From Lama glama (Eukaryota): a DNA stretch of 64,000 bases. Both the position numbers and the translations under genes were made by a program. Shown one piece after another: positions 24,001 through 36,065 of this stretch. The stretch is from contig CM052816.1 in NCBI GenBank assembly GCA_028534125.1, positions 82,150,001 through 82,214,000 on the forward strand. The letters are read 5' to 3'. Each line of letters opens with the position of its first letter. Position 1 is the stretch's first letter. The notes below the pieces were generated by a model. The model searched no databases. It was not told the DNA's origin and worked only from the letters and a program-made list of their open reading frames with translations.

Positions 24001-27000
24001 TGATTGCTTTGAAAAAAGGGAGCATTCCTTAGAAATAGGAACTTTAAAAAATGTAGGCCAGTTTAATCTTCCTAAGAGGAAAGCTCAAACAAAAATAATG
24101 TTTAGATCTAGGAAAGTGCCTCAAACTTTCATCTGTGTTGAAAATAAAACAATAATCCTAGTGGAGAAAAAAAAAGAAAAGAATGAAGAGAAAAAAAAAA
24201 TCAACCCAAGCCCTACATTTCCTTATTTCTTCTCTAATATTATTGGAAGAGTGTCACAACTGGGTGCTCTGTGTGTGTGTGTGTGTTTTAATTTTCTTCT
24301 TTCACCAATTTCCCTATTAGCATGATGTTCTTGTGTCTTTGTATTTAGAAGCATTATTCAGAAAAAATTTTAAACCAGAGAAGGTTTGATTATCTACATT
24401 TTCACCTTTTTTGTGAAGCAAATAACGTAAGCTCAGTAGACACTAGCTAGGCTAAAACACTATTAAAAATGCGATTCAGACTGAGTCACTGCTCGTTATT
24501 TTTATAAGCAAGACCCTAATTCTGATTGACCCCAAAGAATGGGTTGCTGTGACTAAGCTACAGCACAGGCAACTGGCTTCTGCCGGATGTTATCTCATTT
24601 GGAACACATTTCAAACTTTAGAACAGATTTTTAAATTGGAAGTTGAAACCTGCAGACTGTCAGCAGAAGAGGCTGATTCACCCCCCATATCTTACTTTAA
24701 GTTCCAGGCAGTTTTTTTTTTTTTAAGAAGTAGGTTACCTAATATGTGTTGTGATACATACATCAAAGAGAGAAATAAAAGACACCCCCACCCTGGAATA
24801 AGAGTGACACATGCATCTAAACGTCTTTTGGAATTTTTAATATATACTTATTTGAGTGGGGACTTCTTTAAATTAGAAGCCTCTAGTTCAGTATAATTTG
24901 TGAATGTTCATGGATCTCTGAAAGGTTAATTTTTTTTTCTGCAAACATTGGTTCAGTGGTGGGAGTTCTTCATTTGGAACTTTTTGAGTCATAACTATAA
25001 TGCCATTATTATTAGTAGGTAAGTTTGATTGAAGGAAGTACAGTCTTGGCAAGATCAGAAATAAGGAAAAATCTTACCTTATATTGATAGTGGGGAATTT
25101 TTTATTAATTGGCCATTGCTTTCATTTAGAATCATAGAAAAGTTACAAAAGTCTAGATACCCAGAAACTACGCAAACATTCTTGAGTTCCTTAAATTAGA
25201 GGAACTATACAAATGACAGCAATAATAATGGTTTTGACATGTCATAAGTGTCAAGATAGGGCTTGGAGAATACTAACTTGTCTGTGAAGAGAAAGCTGTT
25301 ACGTGCTTTTTATTTTAGATAACAAAACCCGCGATGCAGCTGGACTGCAGGGAGAAATGCATGGCGTGACCCACTAGAGGTCCCTTCCAACTAAAAAAAG
25401 TTTCCATAGTTCACAGGATGCAGCCTCAGTAAGCTGGCATTCATGACTGCAAAGCAAGTAAGGGCCAGAAGGGGGGACCACACATTCTACTTCCTTAGGG
25501 AGAGACATGGTTTCATTCAGGTTGTTATATTTATCTCTTTTTTTTATCCCTATGTGGGACAGTCACTCAGTTAGCTCTAATTAGATATTCAGGACCTGTT
25601 GTTCCAACTTATTCATACACTTGTTAAAAGAAAGTGCACTTGATGTCTGGAACTGTAGTTGTGCTTTCTAGAGATACTAGCTCTTTTGAGTGTATCGGGG
25701 CAATATTTTGCAAGATTTTTTTTTTTTTTGCATAAAAAGGAAGAGTGCCTCAGAGTAAGTTTCACTTGGAAAGCTGATGGAAGTGGTGGGTGGAGGAGGT
25801 AATATATGTATTTTCTGATAGTAGGCACCTTGGTAGGAAATGATTATGTTTCTGTATATTATCTTTGCAGAGTTAGCATTAAGAAATGTAATTGCAATAA
25901 ATTGATGTAAAAGCTAGATAGTAAAGGGACTAAAAGTCCCTATAGAGACACCAGGCTGTCACTTACTTATAATGGTAGCAAGAGATAATTGTAGACAACT
26001 ACAGTAGCACTAAACCATTGCTGTTTTCCTTTAAAAATGTGCTCTGCCTCTCATGTTTTTCTGAAGAAATCGGTTACTTCCTCTGCTTCTAAAGTATGCC
26101 ATGAACCATCAAAACACATAGAATAAAAATCTGCCTTTTATTTCCCCCCAATACCTTTTTAATTAGAACACACCAAAGAGCAAAAGGGGATGAGATACAA
26201 TTCTGTGTGATTGCATTTTTCCAGTAAATTGTTGGATTTCTTTTAAGTTTCTGAGCTCAGCATTGAAAATCTGGCCTCTGGCATAAACTTTGCCCTCCTT
26301 CTATGACAAAATGAAGACATCTGCTTGATCATATCCCGTTCCTTCACAACTTGTCTTCTCGCTCTCTAAAAAAATAGCAGACACATAGCCAAGCAAGTGC
26401 TGTTACACAAAGGATGATGCTCAAGCCAAACTGGAAGAGATTTTTTTTTCTCTCTCCTTAAGTAGAATCCTAAAGGTTTTCCTTTTCAGGTAAAAGCATC
26501 AGCAAAAAAAGAAAGGAAATAAGCAATCCTTGGCCATCATTTGTGTAAGCTTATTTGTTCTCCATTCTTAGAAGAGTTGTCCATTAACTAGGTAAATCCC
26601 TGTGTTCCTTTTCCCACACAGGGAGGATTTTGCACCCCTTGGATAATAACCACTAGAAAGCCCATATTTTGCATGTGCATCCTTCCAGAGCAAACAGACA
26701 TGTACACACCAGCCACTCCAACAACACTTTGCAGGAAAAAGAACCCTCTTCTTTCCCACATTATGGTGCTTCAGTAAGTGAAAATGAAGATTGACTGAAA
26801 CTCGGGCTGATACACCTTCATAGTGTGAATATCATAATTAAAATGTCCTTGCCAAAAAAAAAAAAAAAGAGAGAGGGAGAGAGAATTGTGTGGCTCTTCC
26901 AGATGATTAAACTTATTGGTACTTGAATGTTCTCAGTAGTTAACTCAGGTGAACAGCCCCGTTCTCTAACAGGGACCTGCATATAACTCCCCATAAAATA

Positions 27001-28086
27001 TGGATTTTATTGCAGCAGCGACAACACTTCTCAGCACCACGCTGACCTCTCCAGCATCTCCCATCTCGATATCTCCGATAACTCTTGGCTGAAGAATAAC
27101 TACGGAAGAAGTAATCCCAGCCCTGCAACTGCTGCCCTACACAACATATCAACGTTCCCTCTTATTAAATTACGGGATTAAAGCATTGGAGGCTCCACTT
27201 TTCCTGCATCGGACACCTAAAACCAGACGCACTTGGTTTGCTCTCTAACCAGTCCTGGGGAGGCGTTATCTCCCGGATTTCTGCCTGACCAGACGTGAAA
27301 GAGCACGAGCGAGCTGCGTCTTCCACATGACTTTTCCCTGGACAGTGTGCTCCATTTTCGAAGTCCAATGTTGGACTTTCCTTGCAACCTAAGCATTTCT
27401 GTCCTATGTCAGCCGGCAGGCGTTGCCCCCAACGTGCAAGCTAACAGTTTTCTTTAGCTTCTTCTCTGAGCCAAATCATCTCTTCAGCCTAAGTTTTCCT
27501 TATTGGGAGCATTCGGGAGTTTTCAAGCTACCTGATTTTCTGCTTTACCCGCAAAGCCAAGAAATGTAACTCAAGCAAAGCAGTCCCCGCGCAGACCCTT
27601 GTGATGTGGGCAGGTGGAAATAAATCAAGCCCCAAACGGCTCCACGGGTCCTGCACGCACCAGCGCCCTTGGTAATTGACCAGCCAACTTTGCAAATGCC
27701 GGAGCTCCCTTGGCAGCCTCTGCCGGTGGAGAGAAAGGCAGCGGGTTCATCCCCGCGGCCCCGTCACATATGCCCCCACCAAGCCCCACCGCGGATGGGT
27801 CTTACCAGAAGGCGGAGGAGCGGGGCCCAGGCTTCCCGGGAACCGGCGCCGGTTCTAGGCAGCGGCAGCGGCAGCGGCAGCAGCAGCGCCGCCCGCGCAG
27901 CCGGACCCGCGCGCCCGCTCCGACCCGGGCTCGCAGGCTGAGCATCCCTCCCAACTCCGGCGTGCGGCACCCACCGGGAGGAGAGGGCTCTCTCTCTGAT
28001 TGGCTTCCATCAACGCTACAGAATTAAAAAAGAGAGAGAGAGAAAAAAAAAAGGCATGCACCACCGCTAACTGAGACCGAACCCAC

Positions 28087-28217
28087 CTCTGTTCGCCTTC
28101 CTGCGCCCGGGGAGACCCTGCGACCCGCCCAGGCTGCTCCTGCCTCCGCTGCCGCTGAGGTCTCCGGCTCTGCCGTTCTTGCTGCCGCGGCTGAAACTGC
28201 AGCTCTTGGGATGGGAA
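28087..28217 (-). other. CDH6: Non-coding first exon (3' part; 5' part/TSS falls in N-gap 28218-28405) of cadherin-6
   Basis: Minus strand reads ATCCCAAGAGCTGCAGTTTCAGCCGCGGCAGCAAGAACGGCAGAGCCGG...GGAGGCAGGAGCAGCCTGGGCGGGTCGCAGGGTCTCCCCGGGCGCAGGAAGGCGAACAGAG|GTGGGT. This closely matches my recollection of the human CDH6 mRNA 5'UTR, and the similarity ends at a GT donor (28086-28085). Identified from memory, not by search; no coding exon is present in the window to confirm it. Confidence 0.7.
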
Positions 28218-28405
28218 NNNNNNNNNNNNNNNNNNNNNNNNNNNNNNNNNNNNNNNNNNNNNNNNNNNNNNNNNNNNNNNNNNNNNNNNNNNNNNNNNNN
28301 NNNNNNNNNNNNNNNNNNNNNNNNNNNNNNNNNNNNNNNNNNNNNNNNNNNNNNNNNNNNNNNNNNNNNNNNNNNNNNNNNNNNNNNNNNNNNNNNNNNN
28401 NNNNN
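28218..28405. other. Assembly gap over the putative CDH6 TSS (other gaps: 13549-13695, 16177-16337, 17308-17447, 38056-38203, 48766-49406, 49480-49664, 51448-51594)
   Basis: N runs in the sequence. Confidence 1.
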
Positions 28406-30499
28406 TCAGCCCCAGGCTTTCCTTTCTTTTCCTTTCTTATTTTTTGGGGGGTTAAGTCATACTAAGAACTTGCGTGACTTCGTCTGTTCCCTGCTTTGTA
28501 CTGTCAAAATGCAGCGTGTGCTGTTATCCGCAACGGTTGGATATTCTTTTTTTTTTTTTAACCGACTGAGCAATTACAATTCCCAGGGACACAGTACATC
28601 GTCGCACTATCAGTTGGCCAGCTTCGTGTTATACAGCACGCATAACATGCACACATACCGAACAAACCCGTTCTCCTGAGATAATACCGACGGCTTTTCA
28701 GGCGTTCTCCGGACGCAAGCAGACGTAGATTCGGATGTGTCTTTCCTTCTTTCCTTTCAGGAAGACAGGTTTTCACATAGTCCTACGATCTCTTGTTACT
28801 CTTTCGCAGAGTAACCCCAGGGTGTTGTAGAATGAAGCCATGCTTCTCTGGGCTTGCAGAAACACTCAAAACCTAGACCCTTCAGGCTCACCAGTGACTT
28901 ACGGCTGATTCCATTTTTCTAAATGAGTTAATTCAAGGACACAAAAGACTTGCAGGAGAGGGGTGTATAATGATATTCAAGGTCTGCTTAGCGGTTAAGA
29001 TCTTTCAGGAAAGTTCTTGAAGTAGGATAACCTCCAAATTAAACTCTTTGGTAAACACATCAGTTTGCATACCTTTATTTACAGTGACAGAAAAGTTATT
29101 TCTAACACTAGGGAACTAAGCTGCAAAAATCTTAAGCATGTCAAAGAATTATTAAGTGAGAGTAATGGTTTTCTACATAGGAGATGTAGACATGATGGAG
29201 CCAGGCACTGTTGGATTAGGAAAATTAAATCTAATTACCACAGTGATTGCACCCGGGGTCAGTAGCATCCCAAACCAGCTGTTGTGTATGCTGTAAATTC
29301 GTGGGGGAGATTTCCATTGCATGGTGCTCTTAAAAAATCCAGGCTACTTTGGCCTCTGAATGGTTAAACTGGTTGGAGGTTGGTCTCCTTCCCAACTTAG
29401 CTCCGACTAGAAAATCTTTTGTTTCTCCAATAGGAGTTCAGGCATTTAAATAAAGCCCAAATCAAAGTATTTCCTCTAGGCAGTCAGTGCTTCAAAGAAG
29501 TGTGCATGGAATGGTTTTAGCACAGATGTTCCACACATGGAAGATGGAAAGACTTTGAATTTCTTTCTTGAAAAGATCTTCTTCTAATGAAGAATTGCCA
29601 CCAGCTTACAAAAAGAGGCTGAACGTTTTCTCTTCATGCAGTTATTTAAACTCTTGTGGAGAAGGGATAGGCGAGAAGGAAGCTGCTTCTGATTCACAGT
29701 CTTTTCCTCAGATTATCAATTCCTATACATTTAATTGGAAATACTAGCTCCTTATGTTTGTATAATCCTTTATTGCTTACAAAGGGCTTTGACAGACTAT
29801 TTTATTGAATTCTTCTTTCAACAAGTGGTCTGATTTTTCCCCATTAGAATAAAGGAAACGGACTGATAATAAGATTGCATAAGTTTAGTAACATGTCCAA
29901 AGCAATAAAACTGATAAGCGAAAGTTAGAAATATTACTGGTAAAACTGTGGATATATATGTATCTATCTATATATGCCAAAAGAAATAAGTCACATTTTA
30001 AGACTACGTTTTACAGAAAGATATGCGAAATAACTGATTTTTATGATGAAAGTTGGATAATAGTGAAGCCAATGTTCTACCCATTGAATAAGTTTATATC
30101 TCAAAAAAGGAAATCTCTAATTGTTTGCAATATATTATTCTTCCAACCCCATTAAGCTAAATATCAAAGGTGATTAAAACAGCTACTTTTTATTAAGAAT
30201 GGATAAACAATCAATTTGCTTCTAAACAGTTCAAGTGGCAACATTAAATTACATAAAAATTAGCACTTCTTATACTAAAAAAGGTTTTTGTGTGATTTAT
30301 GAAGCTGTCTAGTAACATTTACTATAGTCATTTTTAATTTTTAGTTGTACAGTCTATGTAAACATCCAGAATTATTTTATCCTCATTCTAGAAGTAAAAA
30401 ACTGAGTTACTAAGGTTAAATGATTACCCAGTGTCATTTAAGCTGTTTCCAGCTTATTCTCTGGCACACCAAAACATGCTGCCAAGTAATAGAGCTAAT

Positions 30500-31010
30500 T
30501 ACAGATAGTTAAACAAATGAACAGGTCTTTGCTATCAGCGTGTAGGGTCTTCTCATGCAACTCAAGATGGAAGTTCTGCAGGGCTTCTGGAAAGACCCGG
30601 AAGCAGACGCTGAGAAGCCACCAGTACTCAGCGTGTACCACTGCTTTTCTCTCCTCACTGTGCTTCTGCTTCTGCTTCGTCTCCCTTCACACTGGGTTCC
30701 TCTGTCATTCAGACCTTAGAGCAGTACCACTGACAGCTCCAGAGCTTACCTGTTGGAAAGACAGTGAGTTTCTCTTTCTGCTCCATTTCCAGTTTCTTGG
30801 AAAGCAGCTCTGATTGGTCATGTGTTCCCCTGGACCAGTCTGCTCAGGCTGGGGCTGGGGCAGAGGGAGCAGCAGGGCTGCCTACCTATTGCCCACCCCC
30901 AACCCCGCCCCCCTATTCCCACCCAGCTCCCTGGCCACAGTGAGGGGCAGCAGCTAGGGAAGGTCCTTGTGAACTGGGAAGACATTCCAAAAAATGCCCC
31001 ATTCCACATG
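30500..31010 (-). mobile_element. Old MLT1 (J/K-like) LTR
   Basis: gagtttctctttc...ctctgattggtcatgtgttcccctggaccagtc motif; boundaries approximate. Confidence 0.45.
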
Positions 31011-32804
31011 TTCTCTTGTTTTGTTTAGTAATTTGGTACAGCTGAAGTATCTCATCAGTTTTTAGACTACTTCATTATTTTATGTGCTTCAGTCAAAATT
31101 ACTTGTACTTCTCTCCTTTTACAGCTTGCAAAATTTCATTTTTTTTAGACTCCTTCATAGACCATTACTAGGGATATTAATTTTGATGAGGGATTTTTCA
31201 ACTTCCACTAAACCTCTCTTCAGATGATTAAGAGGCTATATTATCCTTATAATGGGGATGCATATAAATAAATAATTACAAGTTCTCTGACTTTCTTTTC
31301 AATAATATACATCTGTATGCAATGATTATCTGATAAAAACATTTTCATGATCATCAATAATTATTCCTGATTAGAGGGAAAAAAGTTCACTTTTTAAAAA
31401 ACCATGCACCTAATTAAGAATCTTGGCATGGATGGTTTTACTTCAGCCAATCCAAATCTTCCATCTAAAATCTACCTTTAATTGTTGCTACCAGAAAAAG
31501 TACACACTTACGATGCTTATTACTTAATCATTATGATGTGCACAGGTGAACAGATTTCACTGAGGAATGACTGCCTCTTTCCCACCTCTGCCCTGTAGAT
31601 ACCACACAAACACAGACACACCAGTGTTTAAGGGGGGAATAATACCCACTATGGGTATTATTGAACTGAAACAAAGGAGACAGGAAACCTCGATGGGATT
31701 CCTCTTTTGTGAGAGCCATAGACATCTCAATATAAGCTAAAATAACTTCACACAGACTTCATGTGCTTATCCAGGTTTTCTCCTCCTGGGAGAGTTTCCA
31801 GTACTGTATTTAAAATGGGTTGGAACCCAGGATGCATTAAGACGTTTCTCTCTTGATCATTATATTTGACTCATCACTATAGGTAGATTACAGTAGCCAG
31901 GAGATTTCCAAAATGAGATAAATGCTTAGCAGCAAAATATTGACCTACACAGGGCATTTTAGTACTCTGGGCATTTCCGGGTTGGTAGAGTAGTTTTTGC
32001 TGAATTCTTTTACATTTTATCCACTGCCTAGTGGTAAAATCTAGACTTGCCTGATCAGATATCTACAGCTCAAGTTTGGTAGACTGAACTATGTCAGTGA
32101 AGGAGTATGTCCTGGTTTAGAAGAAATAGCCTATTAGGTGGATATGCAAGGTATCAGCATATTCTCTTAAATAATTGGTATAGACCAGAACAAACAGAGC
32201 CTTCTACACTTCTGTCCAGAGGGAAAAATCATTCCTTTCTTCCATTAGATCCCTCTCTCAATTATAGAAGCACTTGATGGGAATAGTGGCAGACATGAGT
32301 AGGAAAGACAATATAGTAACACATGTTCAAAAATATTTTGGAATTATATATATGTATATATAGAGAGCATTAAAATTTCACAGAGTTTGTCAAAAAGAAG
32401 ACAAGGGCAAAGCCAAGAAGATTATTCTCTGTGAATATATGTAAGCGTTCCCTTAAGAGTGGACCACACGTCACCTAGAGCCTTATTGTCCTCTTTAGGC
32501 ACCAAACTTAAATACCCTTTTCTTTTTCGCCCCTTCTCTGCATTTTCACTGTACTTTGTAAAATACCTTCAGTACTTTAGCTGGACCTCATTGTTTACAT
32601 GTTCTTGTACATCTTCTAGACTGTATATCCACTGAACTGCTGAACGTACAGCATGTGTCTATTTTGGTCATCATTGTATCCCCTGTTGCTGGAAAAAATG
32701 CTTGGTACTACTGTAAATAAGTAGGGATCTAGGTAAACTAGAATGGATTCAGTAGGCAGAAACCGTAGAGGAGTCATAGACCCAAGATCATGTTTATTAG
32801 CTAA

Positions 32805-33345
32805 AGGTGACAAGACTGGAAAAGAGAAGGTTCAAGCTGGCCATGAGCACTTTCAAGTACCTGATGAACTGTCACATGGAAGAAAATTAGACTGGCTTTT
32901 AATGTGACAGAAACTTCAATTAGTATCAACTGGATAAGCCACAGGATGATACTGCATTTCGTTAATTCTAAGACACCCATATTTCCCCATTTTAACGTCT
33001 CTGAAATCATGTTACCTCTTACAATTGATGTGATAAGAAAGGATCATGTCATGGTATAATTGGCAGTGTCTCTTCTTTCTTAGTGACATAAAATAATTGT
33101 GCAACTTACTACCATTGGCATCTTTGATCTGATGGCATGCAGATGGTAGATTTAAGTTCAACATATGGAAGAATTTTCAAACTTAGTGCCGTTCAAGATG
33201 AAAGGTACTGGCAGCTTTAGCACAAAGATTGGTCCCATTCCTGAACGCGTTCAGTCATAGACTGGACAAACGCTTCTTATAAATGATCTCAAGCATCAAA
33301 TTCAGGACTGAATGATCTTTTACATCTTTGTCAAACTTGAGATTC
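32805..33345 (+). mobile_element. L3/CR1 3' end interrupted by MER104
   Basis: gactggaaaagagaagg...ttcaagtacctgatgaactgtcacatggaagaaaattagact, resuming after 33142 with agatttaagttcaacatatggaagaatttt and ending aacttgagattct. Confidence 0.7.
32952..33142 (+). mobile_element. MER104 (TcMar-Tc2/Kanga-derived MITE)
   Basis: ta|ctgcatttcgttaattctaagac...cattttaacgtctctgaaatc...cttacaattgatg...ttcttagtgacataaaataattgtg. Confidence 0.75.
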
Positions 33346-33349
33346 TTGA

Positions 33350-33800
33350 ATTTTGAGTCAACCCTCTTATTTTTGTAGATGAGAAAAAAGGATCATTGAG
33401 GTTAAGTGCTTTGTCCAAAGTCTCACACATCTTATTTGAGACCAAGCCTGGTCTATCCATGCCTCCCATTTCCCAGTCTGAAGCTACTTTCATTTGCTGT
33501 TTATCCTTGTTTTCTCTTCAGGCTTGCAGTATAGAAAATAGATACACTATTTTGATGAGAGCAGTAATTAACACTTACTGCGTCTGTATGATGTGCCATT
33601 TACTTGTTCTTTACATGTATTATCACATTTAGTCCATCTGACAGCCTATGTGCTAGGTGTTATTATCATTCTTGTTTGCAGATGAAGAAGCTGAGGAATG
33701 GGAGATAATTTGTCCAAAGTCACACAGTTAGCATGAGTCAGAGCTGACACTCAAACACACACTTTGAAGTGAGTTCCTGTACTCTTAATCACTATACAGG
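33350..33800 (-). mobile_element. Two adjacent MIR SINE fragments
   Basis: ttttgtagatgagaaaa...gaggttaagtgctttgtccaaagtctcac and cagatgaagaagctgagg...tgtccaaagtcacacag. Confidence 0.7.
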
Positions 33801-34701
33801 GGCTTACAGATTCACAGAACTTACTGCGGAATCTATATGCAGTGATGTGAAAATCAAAACCTGCCATATTACGAAATTTCTGATTTTAAGATAAACATGC
33901 TTTGGGTGTTCCATTACTATTTTTTTTATTATTTGCCTCGAGATATCTGGATAATGGTTTCAGCTCTCTACTGCATTTATGTTCAAACAAAACCTTAAGT
34001 GCTTTTGTTAAATTTTAGGGGTAGCAGAAAGCTTATTGATAAACTGATAAAGTAATTTACCTCTCAAATCAACAAAATTCAGTTTCATTCTCTGCTGGGT
34101 GTGCACCGGACCCATGCCTACTTCTACTCTTTTCCTATCTAAAGGTACCCTAAAGTTGAGAAAAATCAGTATTTAACTTGCTTCCTGACCTTTGTTTTTT
34201 ATTCATTGTGGGCCCTTGGCCATCTGTAAGGATATATTGACTCTTTAGTGTATTTTTCTAAGGAGAGCTATCTTGGTGCACTTGTGAACCCTCAGGGGGC
34301 AGTCTTTATTCCTCAAAGAGGAACACTTCACAGAGGATGCAGGCAGAATTCTTGGTCACAGCTGATATCCTTTCTTCCCCCCCCCCCCCCCGGAAACTAT
34401 ACTTATTATCTCTTTTAGAAGGAAAAAGAGAACTGGAAAAAAAGCTGCTGAGTGTCAATTGATAAAAATTTTAAAAGAACCACAGTTAAGTCCATTTTGG
34501 GGGCTACTTTTCCAGACATCATAATTTTAAAATATCAAAAAATATCTTCTTATGCAGATGGTTTACTGAGAAATACGTAGTCTTGACCAACCCCCTTGTC
34601 TCTTGGCCTACTTTATTTATCTGTAAAATGAAGGAGTTGAAATTGCTTTCCACTCCAGCCGTTATTCCGAGTCTTTTCTTTACATAGTGCTATTTTGTGT
34701 G

Positions 34702-34718
34702 TGGCCACTAGGGGGACA
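34702..34718 (+). promoter_or_regulatory. Candidate CTCF site
   Basis: TGGCCACTAGGGGGACA versus consensus TGGCCACYAGRKGGCRC. A weaker second match, CCCTCAGGGGGCAGT, lies at 34289-34303 on the same strand. Confidence 0.45.
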
Positions 34719-35249
34719 AAGGAAGGTCCTTCCTAGTGTAATTTGCTTCCCATTACTAATTTGGAATAATGGTCTTGAAGAATAACTACAGGGAAAGCCG
34801 GTTTTTCTTAATGAGACATTGAATATTTCAAAATGCCTTTTTATTAATTGGTATTAAACTGTTATATGAGCTTGTACTTCTTTCTAATATTTGAGAATTT
34901 GAGGAAAACGATTATTACTACTTCTATGACCACTATAGTCTTTGTAAGTATAATCGTGTATCTCCATGAACATTACCGTGTAGGAGATTTCAGTAAGCCC
35001 ATTAAGAATCATGGATATAAGCCTTTTTGAAAAGTATCACAAGCCACATTATTTTAAGAATGCAAAGGAAGACATTTAAAGGGTAGTTTGAAATTTTTTA
35101 ATTGTTATCAAAATTGATAATTAAGTTAATATTTTCAGAAATGAAAGCAACACAAATAAGACATTTTTAATTGCAAAGCTGAAAGGGGGCTCAATGTTTT
35201 GTAACTGAAAAAGGATCATAAAAAATAAAAATCTTTAAAAGCAATTTTA

Positions 35250-35450
35250 GTAGCTAAGATTTATTGAACACTTATTATGTACAAGGCAATGTGTTAAAAG
35301 CTTTTGTTCATATTCTTTTGATTCTCTCAACAACTCTGTGAAGTAGTCACTTTATCAGGCCCACAAGTAAATGAAGATTTAGAGAGTTTCATTACCCTGC
35401 CTGCCACAGTGCTGGCCTGTATCAGAGTGGGGCTTTGTCCCCAGACACTC
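35250..35450 (-). mobile_element. MIR SINE
   Basis: tagctaagatttattgaacacttattatgtacaaggca...ttctctcaacaactctgtgaagtag. Confidence 0.7.
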
Positions 35451-35869
35451 GCATGTGGGAGGGGCACACACTCATCCACAGCTCCATTGCTGCCCATTGG
35501 TAACAGACTCTGCTACACTGCCCTTTCCAGATAAAATGCTTCATGTTCATTACTAGTTTGTGTGTTTCCTACAGTTCTTTCGGTGGAAGATGTGTATATT
35601 TTTAGCCTTTGTGTTTTAAAGCAGGGCAGAAAGACTCAGAAAGGTTCAGAGTCCTGAATGGGAATCTATAGTTTGACTTCAACAGACTGTATTTAGAAAC
35701 AAGAGTATTTTATCTTCAACTATTAGAACCAGAATCTGGAGGGATGAGAATGTCTACTTTCTGAACTTTTGGCCTTGAAAAACTTATGCTGATAGTCTAC
35801 TTGTCTCCAATTCAGAGTCAAGACCCTAAAATTCTCAGAAGGCCTGAAGTTTCCCATTTTGAACATCAG

Positions 35870-36065
35870 TAATCACTCCTTTATCCAATGCCTATTACAT
35901 GCCAGGAATTTCAGTCAGTGCTTTATAAGTTGTTTGATTGCTCATGACAACCTTCTAAGGTCAGTATTCACCTTGTTTTACAGATGTGGAACATAAGGCC
36001 TAGAGAGGGTAAATAACTTGTCCTCAGTCACACAGCCACCAAACGATTGGATCTGAACCCTCATC
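35870..36065 (-). mobile_element. MIR SINE
   Basis: ttttacagatgtggaacataaggcctagagagggtaaataacttgtcctcagtcacacagc. Confidence 0.75.

Larger units (their letters stand above)
27560..28800 (-). promoter_or_regulatory. CDH6: CpG island / promoter region of putative CDH6
   Basis: High GC and CpG density at 27.6-28.2 kb with CpG-rich shores on both sides. CCAAT box on the minus strand (ctgattgg 27996-28003); (GGCAGC)n repeat 27858-27887. Confidence 0.75.

Noticed and set aside
25365-25395. CCACTAGAGGTCCC as a CTCF site
   Set aside because: Better explained as a MIR3/L3 3' tail (gaggtcccttccaact).
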